A DNA stretch of 64,000 nt. Origin: an archaeon. GTDB lineage: Archaea; AGJL01; Methanococci; Methanococcales; Methanocaldococcaceae. The stretch covers positions 21,836-85,835 of the forward strand of contig JAJRSC010000015.1 in the NCBI GenBank assembly GCA_024278985.1. The letters run 5' to 3'. Under the pieces are notes generated by a model. The model was not told the origin of the DNA and did not search any database. It saw only the letters and a list, made by a program, of their open reading frames with translations. A program made the position numbers and the translations under genes. Below are positions 23,139 to 32,599 of the stretch, piece after piece (position 1 is the stretch's first letter; each line of letters opens with the position of its first letter).

Positions 23139-23335
23139 TTTTTCACCACAGTAATTGCCTGGTCAGGACACATTAATTCACAAATTTTACAATATGTACA
23201 TCTACTTTCATCATCAACTTCTGAAGGGTAAACACCTTTTTTATTAAGCTCTTTAGAAATTGTAAATACTTTCTTAGGGCAAAATTCTATGCAAATATAA
23301 CATGCTTTACATAGTTCTTTATTTATGAATATCAT
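23135..23335 (-). CDS. korD: 2x[4Fe-4S] ferredoxin, delta subunit
   Basis: Two CxxCxxCxxxCP motifs, directly upstream of korA. Confidence 0.85.
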   Translation of the reverse strand: MIFINKELCKACYICIEFCPKKVFTISKELNKKGVYPSEVDDESRCTYCKICELMCPDQAITVVKK

Positions 23336-23612
23336 TCATTTCACCTAAAATAAAAATTGTTATCTCTATATTTTTAAGCTTAAAATAATATTTAAAAATT
23401 AAGAATTTTATGGAATTTATAAGAAACAATAAAAAATATTAGCAAAAATATTTAATATTAATTAATAGACTCAAAAGTTAAAATAAGACAACTATAAAAT
23501 TAGTAAAATCACATATATTATTATAAATTATTAACATGTTTTTGTTTTAGGTTATATATAAAAGAGGATATTTTAGCAATGTATAAAGTAAGAAAAAATA
23601 ACTATTTTTAAA

Positions 23613-24011
23613 ATGATATTATCAGTGGTTGGTATGGAAAATGAAAAAAATAGCTTAATAAAACTCTTTTGGATATTTCTTAGTGTATTTTTAGTATTAA
23701 TAATATTATCAATATCTGAATGGATGTATATAAATATAAGAATATATAATTATATAAAGATTACTTTTTTGATAGTTGGGATAACAATTAGTGCAATAAT
23801 TGTAGAATATATAATCCAATATAATATTTTTGAAAATAAAGGTGAGTTATCAAATATAGGGATTAATATAATATATTTAGCAATAGGTTATATTATATTT
23901 TCTCCAATAACTTTTGGAAATAAACTTATTATGATAGTTACTATACTTATTATTATATGCTTGCTTAGACATAATGATTATTTAAATTTTAAAAACATAC
24001 TAAAAAAGTAA
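23613..24011 (+). CDS. Orphan four-TM membrane protein (candidate immunity protein)
   Basis: Hydrophobic, extremely AT-rich ORF at the left edge of the accessory locus. Confidence 0.55.
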   Translation: MILSVVGMENEKNSLIKLFWIFLSVFLVLIILSISEWMYINIRIYNYIKITFLIVGITISAIIVEYIIQYNIFENKGELSNIGINIIYLAIGYIIFSPITFGNKLIMIVTILIIICLLRHNDYLNFKNILKK

Positions 24012-24045
24012 TAATACACTTAATAATGTGAAATCATAAAAAAAC

Positions 24046-24215
24046 GAAGAGTTGTTATTGATTATGGACTTTTAAAGGCTATGGAAGAAGTTGAGGATGA
24101 GGAGGAGATTGATAGAAACTGCTAAAAAGTTGTTAGAGTATTGAGGTAATGGAAGTATCTTTTAAAAATCTTTTATTAAAGATTTAACTTAAAAATATCC
24201 AGGGAAAGATAAAAT
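24046..24215 (+). pseudogene. Decayed relBE-type toxin-antitoxin remnant
   Basis: Frameshifted fragments IDYGLLKAMEEVEDEEEIDR..TAKKLLE (archaeal RelB-like) and, from ATG 24149, MEVSFK.SFIKDL..NIQGKIK (RelE-like N-terminus). Confidence 0.55.
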
Positions 24216-24235
24216 AATTTACTATTATAAATTAC

Positions 24236-24555
24236 TTTACTTTTTTATAACTATTAAAAATCTTAATAGGTAAAATATTTCCTTTTTATGCTTTACTATT
24301 CGATTAAAATCGTAATATATAGGGGTTTTGTTATTATTATTTAATGAAAAATGTAAAAAATAAAACTTTAAAAAAGTAAAGAATAGTTGGCGATGATACC
24401 TCGGTATAGAGGCGGAGCCAATATTAAGGGACTACCCAACCACCATAGAGGTGGCAAAATGAATATATTTAAAAGTAACATACTTAAAGGTTTCGCTGCT
24501 TTGATAATATTAGGAATGGTAGGAGCTTTAGTTGCTGAGCCAGTGGCTTTGGGAA
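24236..24555 (+). repeat. Direct repeat copy 1: promoter, structured leader and signal-peptide-coding region
   Basis: Closely matches 26680-27003; near-identical across the leader, and ATGGTAGGAGCTTTA..GCTGAGCCAGTGGCTTTGGGA is shared. Confidence 0.92.
24386..24454 (+). promoter_or_regulatory. Structured GC-rich RNA leader (kink-turn hairpin plus SD-occluding hairpin), copy 1
   Basis: TTGGC/GCCAA stem, GAT bulge, tandem GA/GA, CCTC/GAGG stem; then CCACC-ATAGA-GGTGG over the SD. Confidence 0.7.
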
Positions 24556-24770
24556 ATTTAGGTATAGTTTATGCAATAAAATCTTGGCATGAGGGAAATG
24601 TTAAGGGCTCTACAATTGGGGAAGGTTTAATGGATATAGGAAGTGCGGCTGTAACTGATGGCGTAGCTATATGGTTATCTGCTGAAGAAGCTTCCACAGT
24701 ATTATTAGCAGCAGGTATAGCAACTGGCGGAGTAGCATTAGCGGCAGTAGGTACTACAGTTATGGCTTAA
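24459..24770 (+). CDS. Secreted Gly/Ala-rich bacteriocin-like peptide A (103 aa)
   Basis: ATG 24459 follows GAGGTGG SD; signal peptide, AEPVALG, variable core, AEEA, hydrophobic LLAAGIATGGV tail. Confidence 0.75.
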   Translation: MNIFKSNILKGFAALIILGMVGALVAEPVALGNLGIVYAIKSWHEGNVKGSTIGEGLMDIGSAAVTDGVAIWLSAEEASTVLLAAGIATGGVALAAVGTTVMA

Positions 24771-24827
24771 TAATTCTTATTTTCCTTTTTATTTATTTTC
24801 ATAAATAACTTTATTTAATGTGATATT

Positions 24828-25109
24828 ATGCCGGATCTAATTATCATGCTATGGGTATTAACAATATTTCTTTCATTAATTGAGATTATACTATGGTATC
24901 GTTTATTGAAATTGGCTCCAAAAGAAAAAATGAATATATTGGTTAAATGTTTAGGATTAGGTGTATTATTTGCTGTAGTAAAACATTTGTTATTTAATGA
25001 CTACACTGTTATTTCAATTATTAAAGACATTACTTTATATTCTGTTATCTTTATGTCCATATTGTTTTCATATTATAAATTTATAATAAAAAGAGTATGG
25101 CATGTTTAG
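24828..25109 (+). CDS. Small three-TM membrane protein, candidate immunity partner of peptide A
   Basis: 93 aa hydrophobic, basic ORF directly downstream; GTGA SD. Confidence 0.65.
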   Translation: MPDLIIMLWVLTIFLSLIEIILWYRLLKLAPKEKMNILVKCLGLGVLFAVVKHLLFNDYTVISIIKDITLYSVIFMSILFSYYKFIIKRVWHV

Positions 25110-25355
25110 CCGAGCTATTGGATTTGGGAGATATATCAGCTTACTATTTGTATAAACACTCAAAAAATGGGGAGTATAGTAGCGCCGTTAAGGATGCTAA
25201 ACAATTGTATAAGTGTTATAAGTGGGGAAGATTAGGGATATTCAGCCTTAGAATTGGTTGCCGAAGAAGCGGTAGTTGAAGATGGTCTTTTAGCAGCAGG
25301 AATAGCTACTGGTGGAGTGGGATTAATAGCATTGGGAGTAGGGATAGGATTGTAA
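25109..25355 (+). pseudogene. Headless (orphan) peptide cassette with one frameshift
   Basis: Begins AELLDLGDI (homologous to AEPVALGDI); after a shift near 25233 it reads SALELVAEEAVVEDGLLAAGIATGGVGLIALGVGIGL-stop; no signal peptide or leader. Confidence 0.75.
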
Positions 25356-25429
25356 GAGCCTAATAATTTAATTTTAATTTTTTTAATTTTTGTGTAAATA
25401 TTCCCGAATTTAGTTTTATTATTGGTGAG

Positions 25430-25633
25430 ATGATGATGAGTAAAAAAGGGAATAAAAAATATTTTTTAAAATATTTTTTATTTTTAACAGTAAATACAAT
25501 AATTATAACTTTTCTTTTATCATATAACTTTAAGAATATATATCTAAATATATTTATGTTAAGCTTTGTCATAATAATCGATATTATATGGATGCGTATA
25601 TTAGCTAATAAATCTCAAAACAGAAACTTGTGA
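25430..25633 (+). CDS. Small two-TM membrane protein, candidate immunity partner of the orphan cassette
   Basis: GGTGA SD; basic N-terminus and two hydrophobic helices. Confidence 0.6.
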   Translation: MMMSKKGNKKYFLKYFLFLTVNTIIITFLLSYNFKNIYLNIFMLSFVIIIDIIWMRILANKSQNRNL

Positions 25634-25637
25634 AACC

Positions 25638-26172
25638 ATGAAAAAACTACCACCAATACTAACAATATCTATTTTCATAATTGGTTTTATTCTAGGAGTT
25701 GTATCAATAAATAACTTATCAAAAATCAACAATAGTGATATACCTAACTTTAAACCTAAAATACAATTTAATTTCCCTACAATCTTATTAAACAACTTAA
25801 AAGTTATCTTTTTAATGCTATCAGGAGCTATAACCTTCGGTTTATCCACTTTTATAAATCTACTATTCAACGGTTTTAATGTTGGTATCTTAATCGGCTC
25901 TACATTCCTAACTAACGAACCGTTAAAATTAATAACCGCCTTAATCCTCCCACACGGCATATTCGAAATTCCAGCAATTATCAGCTACAGCGGGCTTTAA
26001 AATACCTTATGAAGTTATCCAATACCTAAGGGATAAAAAAGAAAAACCAATAACAGAGGAAGATATAAAAGAATTCTTAAAACTATCTTTAATCTCAATA
26101 ATTTTGATTATTATAGCTGCTTTTGTTGAGGTTTATATAACCCCAAAAATAGCTAATTATCTGCTAACATAA
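25638..26172 (+). CDS. DUF95/SpoIIM-family membrane protein; frameshift at ~25980
   Basis: ILLNNLKV, NGFNVG, ILPHGIFEIPA; second frame SATAGFKIP...AAFVEVYITP to TAA 26170-26172. Confidence 0.85.
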
Positions 26173-26231
26173 GATTTAAATAGATAATTGAGGAATAGGA
26201 ATAATGAAACTAAAGATTAGGTGATTTAAAA

Positions 26232-26444
26232 ATGAAGACTGTCAAATTTAGGGTTTATTATGATGGGGAATATTGGATTGCAGAGGGTATTGATGTAAGC
26301 ATATTCACACAGGGGAAAACTTTAGATGAATTGATGAAAAATCTTAAAGAGGCTGTTGAATTGCACTTTGAAGATGAGTTAAAAGCTGGGGAGGTTATAA
26401 AAATCCTTTCTGTTTCTGAGATGGAGGTGTCAAGTGTTGCCTAA
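26232..26444 (+). CDS. hicB: HicB-family antitoxin
   Basis: YWIAE..IFTQGKTLDELMKNLKEAVELH signature. Confidence 0.85.
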   Translation: MKTVKFRVYYDGEYWIAEGIDVSIFTQGKTLDELMKNLKEAVELHFEDELKAGEVIKILSVSEMEVSSVA

Positions 26445-26679
26445 ACTTCCAGTTGTTAGTGGCAAGGACTTAATAAAATTTCTTAAAAAATTAGGTTATG
26501 AAGTCGTTAGGCAGAGAGGGAGTCATGTGAGATTAAGAAAAGAGACGGAATTTGGAATTCACAATATAACAATCCCTTATCATGAAGAGATAGCAAAAGG
26601 AACTTTAAACGCTATTTTAACCGACATTTCTAAATGGAACAACATTTCAAAGGAAGAGTTAATAAAAAAATTAAAGTAA
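26434..26679 (+). CDS. hicA: HicA-family mRNA interferase toxin
   Basis: LKKLGY..RQRGSH..IPYH.EIAKGTL.AIL. Confidence 0.9.
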   Translation: MLPKLPVVSGKDLIKFLKKLGYEVVRQRGSHVRLRKETEFGIHNITIPYHEEIAKGTLNAILTDISKWNNISKEELIKKLK

Positions 26680-27003
26680 TTTACTTTTTTATAATTATTA
26701 AAAATTCTAATGAGGAACATATTTCCTTTTTTTATACTTTACTATTTGATTAAAATCGTTATATATATAGGGGTTTTGTTATTATTATTTAATGAAAAAT
26801 GTAGAAAATAAAACTTTAAAAAATTAAAGAATAGTTGGCGATGATGCCTCGGTATAGAGGCGGAGCCAATATTAAGGGACTACCCAACCACCATAGAGGT
26901 GGCAATATGAAATTTTTAGAGAAGGGAGTATATAAGATTTTCGGAGCTATGGTTTTAGTAAGCATGGTAGGAGCTTTAATTGCTGAGCCAGTGGCTTTGG
27001 GAG
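26680..27003 (+). repeat. Direct repeat copy 2: promoter, structured leader and signal-peptide-coding region
   Basis: Matches 24236-24555; begins right at the hicA stop. Confidence 0.92.
26834..26902 (+). promoter_or_regulatory. Structured GC-rich RNA leader (kink-turn plus SD hairpin), copy 2
   Basis: Identical to copy 1 except one A>G that creates a G-C pair in the k-turn NC stem. Confidence 0.7.
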
Positions 27004-27206
27004 ATATTGGATACTATGCAGGAAAAGAATTGGCAGGAGAATCAGGAAGTGTTGTAGAAAGTTATCTCGGAACAAAAGCTGGAGAATATGCTGGTGAAAA
27101 TGCGGCTATATTATTGGCAGAATTATTTGCTGAGGAAGGAGCAGAAGCAGGAACTATTGCAGGACCTATCGGTATGGTAGTTGGAGGTATAGCTGGAGCA
27201 CTATAA
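26907..27206 (+). CDS. Secreted Gly/Ala-rich bacteriocin-like peptide B (99 aa)
   Basis: Same signal/AEPVALG head, different core, AEEG, Gly-zipper tail AGPIGMVVGGIAGAL. Confidence 0.75.
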   Translation: MKFLEKGVYKIFGAMVLVSMVGALIAEPVALGDIGYYAGKELAGESGSVVESYLGTKAGEYAGENAAILLAELFAEEGAEAGTIAGPIGMVVGGIAGAL

Positions 27207-27259
27207 ATTCTTCTTTTTATATATTTTTATATATTTAAACTTTTTATGGGGTGATTAAA

Positions 27260-27583
27260 ATGGCAAACACTTGGGTGATTGTTAGTTTTATAATAGTATA
27301 TGCATTATTAGTTCCATGGGTTGTTAATTGGATACTTCTAAAAAGGAAAATTAATTTTTTAAAATCTTTACATTATTTTGAGAAAAAATTCAGCATTAAA
27401 GAAAAAATTTTTATAACAATTATTGAACTCATTCCAGTATTTTTCTTTTTATACTCATATATTCAAATGAGTAGAAATTTGTCTATATTATATGGTATAT
27501 TTTATTTATGTTTAGGTATTTTGGTTGTCTTTCTATTAGATTACATATTAAAGACGACGTTTATTAAATATAAGAACCAATAA
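27260..27583 (+). CDS. Three-TM membrane protein, candidate immunity partner of peptide B
   Basis: GGGGTGA SD before ATG 27260; hydrophobic and basic; no visible similarity to the other partners. Confidence 0.65.
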   Translation: MANTWVIVSFIIVYALLVPWVVNWILLKRKINFLKSLHYFEKKFSIKEKIFITIIELIPVFFFLYSYIQMSRNLSILYGIFYLCLGILVVFLLDYILKTTFIKYKNQ

Positions 27584-27790
27584 GGGATTTACAACGACTA
27601 AAATTTTAATTATTATTAATATTATTATTAATAATTTTTAGTAAATATTATTAGGTAAATGAAACAAAATTTTGTATAAATAAAGTCCATTTTTATATAA
27701 AAATATTTAATTATTATTAAATTAGATAAATAAATATAAAATCTATATATACCTCTATTTTTAATATATCTTAAAAGGTTGTTAAGGTGA

Positions 27791-29272
<1,482 letters not shown>

Positions 29273-29283
29273 CTAATATTCTT

Positions 29284-30030
29284 TTATTCCTCAATTCTTG
29301 GAGCTAAGAAGAATAAAAGTTCAGCTCCAGCTAAGGAATACTCCATTTTTAAAGGCATATCATTACCCAAATAGATTTTTAAAACATCACCACTTCCTAC
29401 TCCTTTAACCATATCCTCCAAATATTCTAAGTTGAAAGATGACTTAGCATTTTCATTACATTCAAAGCTTAACACAGCTGAGGAGTCTTTTTCAAATATA
29501 CTTTCTGTTTCATTTATTTCTGACTTTGCATAAACAACAAATTTTTCCTCATCTATCATTAATGTAACAAAATCAGAGAAAAGTTTAGCATCTTTTAATG
29601 CCTCTTTAAATGCATCTCCTTTTATCATAACATAATTAACATACTCTATTTCTGGAACTTTTGTTGCTGTTGAAACTCCTTCTAATAATGAAATAGAAAA
29701 CTTTCTTTTTCCAGTATTTTCAAATATTATATTTAATTTATTTTTCTCCTCATCTAACTCCAAAATTAATTTATCTTTTGCTTTTGCCCTATTAAAGATT
29801 TTCTTAGCTATTTCTAAATCAATTCCTATCTCTTTCTCTTCATCTATATCATAACTATCAAATGCTATTCTTGGAATGTTTAAGGAGACAAGAGCAACAT
29901 GACTCGGGTCCATTGCTATTGCTTTAATCCCATCCTCATCTATCTTTAAAGTTACTTCATCCAATAATGTAGCAAGGGTATCAACAACTTTTTTAAAGTT
30001 TTTTGCACTTTCAAACTCTGCCCTAAACAT
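29284..30030 (-). CDS. pcn: DNA polymerase sliding clamp PCNA
   Basis: [18 protein letters not shown]. Confidence 0.96.
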   Translation of the reverse strand: MFRAEFESAKNFKKVVDTLATLLDEVTLKIDEDGIKAIAMDPSHVALVSLNIPRIAFDSYDIDEEKEIGIDLEIAKKIFNRAKAKDKLILELDEEKNKLNIIFENTGKRKFSISLLEGVSTATKVPEIEYVNYVMIKGDAFKEALKDAKLFSDFVTLMIDEEKFVVYAKSEINETESIFEKDSSAVLSFECNENAKSSFNLEYLEDMVKGVGSGDVLKIYLGNDMPLKMEYSLAGAELLFFLAPRIEE

Positions 30031-30119
30031 TTTTTATCACCAAATTATTATATACTTAAAATTTACTTAGACCTTATAAATATTTATTATTTCTCTATAA
30101 ATAATTAAATGGTTGAATT

Positions 30120-30599
30120 ATGCTTAAACTTCCAGATGAATTAAGAGACGAACTAAGAAAACCATTTGGTATAGTGTATAAAGATATTCCAAATATTGAG
30201 GGAGAGATAATAACTGTTGGAGATATAGTCACTAAAACAGCAATAGATAAAGGTATAATTCCAAAATTGGCAATTGTAGATTTTAAAACTAAAAGAAATA
30301 TCCCTGTTAGAATAAATCATAACTTTGATAAAATATTTAGAGTATATAATCCTCCTGGATATATAAGTGATGAGGCAATAGAAAAAGTTAAATACTTATC
30401 AACCAAATATATTAAAAACTATGCTATATTTGTAGATGGAGAAGAAGATTTATTAACACTTCTTGTTATCAAGTTTTTTCCAATAGGAGATTATGTAATA
30501 TATGGTCTTCCTGATAAAGGTGTTGTTTTAATAAAGATTGACAAAAACATAAAAAAAACAGTTGATAATATATTAAAAAAATTTCAGAAGGTGAAATGA
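30120..30599 (+). CDS. GTP-dependent dephospho-CoA kinase (DUF359)
   Basis: VGDIVT, DFKTKR, NPPG, DGEEDL; adjacent to rps24e. Confidence 0.85.
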   Translation: MLKLPDELRDELRKPFGIVYKDIPNIEGEIITVGDIVTKTAIDKGIIPKLAIVDFKTKRNIPVRINHNFDKIFRVYNPPGYISDEAIEKVKYLSTKYIKNYAIFVDGEEDLLTLLVIKFFPIGDYVIYGLPDKGVVLIKIDKNIKKTVDNILKKFQKVK

Positions 30600-30895
30600 T
30601 GATTATAAAAATTATTTCTGAAAGATACAATCCATTATTAAAGAGAAAAGAAATAAGGTTTATTGTTGAACATGATGGAGCTACACCAAAATTTGAAGAA
30701 GTTAAAGCAAAATTAGTAGCAATGTTAAATGCTGATAACAATTTATTGATATTGGAGAAAATAGTTGAAGAGGCAGGTATGCAAAGAGCTAAAGGTTATG
30801 CTAAACTTTATGATGATATGAATATGTTAAAATTTATTGAAAGAGAACACATATTAAGAAAAAATGGTTTAATACAAGAGGAAGGTGAGGAGTAA
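30596..30895 (+). CDS. rps24e: 30S ribosomal protein eS24
   Basis: NPLLKRKEI..H.GATP..GYAKLY. Confidence 0.95.
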   Translation: MMIIKIISERYNPLLKRKEIRFIVEHDGATPKFEEVKAKLVAMLNADNNLLILEKIVEEAGMQRAKGYAKLYDDMNMLKFIEREHILRKNGLIQEEGEE

Positions 30896-31081
30896 ATGAC
30901 TAAAGGAAAAAAAACAGCTAAATATAAATACTACAAAATAGAAGGAGATAAAATTGTAAGATTAAAAAGATTTTGCCCAAAATGTGGTCCAGGTGTATTT
31001 TTAGCTGAACATTTGAATAGATATTCATGTGGAAGATGTGGATATATGGAATGGAAACAACCACAGAAAAAAGAGAGTTAA
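30896..31081 (+). CDS. rps27ae: 30S ribosomal protein eS31 (S27ae)
   Basis: [18 protein letters not shown]. Confidence 0.96.
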   Translation: MTKGKKTAKYKYYKIEGDKIVRLKRFCPKCGPGVFLAEHLNRYSCGRCGYMEWKQPQKKES

Positions 31082-31929
31082 ATTATTTTAGCACCTTCAT
31101 TATTTGGGTTTGTAACAATTATTTTTTTTAGATTAAAATTATTTAATTTTTCAACTACTTTTTTAGTATCCTCCTTTTCACATATTGCTATATAACTTGG
31201 TCCTGTCCCAGATAATCCTGCAGTTATTGCCCCTGCTTCAATAGCATTTATTACTATATCAGTAGGAAAGTTTAAAGCTGATGAATATAAAAGACCATTT
31301 AAAAATAATGCCTTAAAATATTCTCTATTTAATGATAAGTTATAGGCAATTTCAACATAGTCCTTTATTAACTTCATTTTATTAACATCTACATTCTTTT
31401 TAAGGTTAGGAATGAATATTACAATATCCAAATCTTCTTTTAATTTATCTCTTTTTATTATTTCCCTTTTTATATTATCAGTTATTGTTATTCCTCCATA
31501 ATAAGATGATGTTGCATCATCATATGCCCCAGTTATTGTAAGATTTTCATCAAAACATGATTTTATTGCCAAATCTAATATTAATTTATCATTTATTTTT
31601 TCATCTAAAGCAGAAAAAGCTGCCAATACAACAGCATTGGATGTTGCTGAACTACTACTTAGTCCTGATCTTATTGGAATCTCTGTTTTTGTTTCAACAT
31701 AAGCAGAATAATTTAGATTAAAATATTCTAAAACATTTTTTACACATCTAACTATTAAATTTGGTTCAATATTTGCATCTAAAACTTTTCCTTCTATCTT
31801 ATTTTTACCATCATCAAAAAATTTTACTTTTGCATATACTTTAAGGTCTATGCCAAAGGCAGAACCTTTTCCAGTGGCAATAGCATTTATTATTGTTCCA
31901 GAAGCTAAGGCATAAGCACATCCTTCCAA
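31078..31929 (-). CDS. aroK: Archaeal shikimate kinase (GHMP family)
   Basis: [30 protein letters not shown]. Confidence 0.93.
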   Translation of the reverse strand: MEGCAYALASGTIINAIATGKGSAFGIDLKVYAKVKFFDDGKNKIEGKVLDANIEPNLIVRCVKNVLEYFNLNYSAYVETKTEIPIRSGLSSSSATSNAVVLAAFSALDEKINDKLILDLAIKSCFDENLTITGAYDDATSSYYGGITITDNIKREIIKRDKLKEDLDIVIFIPNLKKNVDVNKMKLIKDYVEIAYNLSLNREYFKALFLNGLLYSSALNFPTDIVINAIEAGAITAGLSGTGPSYIAICEKEDTKKVVEKLNNFNLKKIIVTNPNNEGAKII

Positions 31930-31933
31930 GTTA

Positions 31934-32548
31934 TCACTCCTTTACATAAAAGATATTTTCATCCTCATCATAAACAATTCCTTTTTTCCATTTAACAAAT
32001 AAATAATATTTATCTTTTTTATCATCAGATAGTTCCATAACAATCCTTTCAGCTATCATTTTGATAGGGTCTTTTCCAATTCTTTCCTCAAAATCTTTAA
32101 AGCTTTTAAACTTTTCTTTTTCTCTTTCTTCTATAATTCTCCACATATATTTTTGCCTAATTCCAGGGAGTAATTCTAAAGAGTGTAATCTTGTAGTTAT
32201 AGGAGGACATTCATTTAAAAATTTTACAAATCTCTCCTCTTGATGTTTTACTGCTTCCATAACAACATACAATAATTCTGTTTTTGCTGTTGATGTTAGT
32301 TGATTATATTTAATCATTCTTTTTACATGACTTATTTTATCTCTCTTTCCTTTTCCAATATATACTCTCTCACCAAGCATAACATCTGCTTTTGGTATCA
32401 ATTCCATTAAAACAAATTGTTCCTCTCCTAACCCTTGAACAATTGGGTCTCCTTTACCATGATACCCATATGGAAGATAGTCCAAAACCCAGGCATAATT
32501 TTCAAATTTTTGAGGTTTGTTTTTCTTTTTAAAGTGTCCTCTAACCAT
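31934..32548 (-). CDS. DUF655 RNA-binding protein
   Basis: AWVLDYLPYG, RLHSLELLPGI; conserved position next to rpo4. Confidence 0.88.
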   Translation of the reverse strand: MVRGHFKKKNKPQKFENYAWVLDYLPYGYHGKGDPIVQGLGEEQFVLMELIPKADVMLGERVYIGKGKRDKISHVKRMIKYNQLTSTAKTELLYVVMEAVKHQEERFVKFLNECPPITTRLHSLELLPGIRQKYMWRIIEEREKEKFKSFKDFEERIGKDPIKMIAERIVMELSDDKKDKYYLFVKWKKGIVYDEDENIFYVKE

Positions 32549-32599
32549 AAAATTTCACCTTTAATTTAAATGTATGAATATATAAGAATAAAAAAATTT

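Noticed and set aside
24386-24454. Standard box C/D guide sRNA or tRNA
   Set aside because: Only one k-turn, with no C'/D' pair or unpaired guide regions, and no cloverleaf
24387-24458. 24 aa N-terminal extension MAMIPRYRGG... (also 26835-26906) in the ORF track
   Set aside because: A strong GAGGTGG SD precedes the downstream ATG, which begins a normal signal peptide; RNA structure explains the conservation better than coding
24236-27003. CRISPR array or IS/MITE explanation for the repeats
   Set aside because: Only two long copies, no periodic spacers, and no terminal inverted repeats, target duplications or transposase
27600-27780. Low-complexity TTA/ATT tract and ORF 27628-27891
   Set aside because: Nearly pure AT intergenic DNA with no defined repeat unit; the ORF is antisense to guaB
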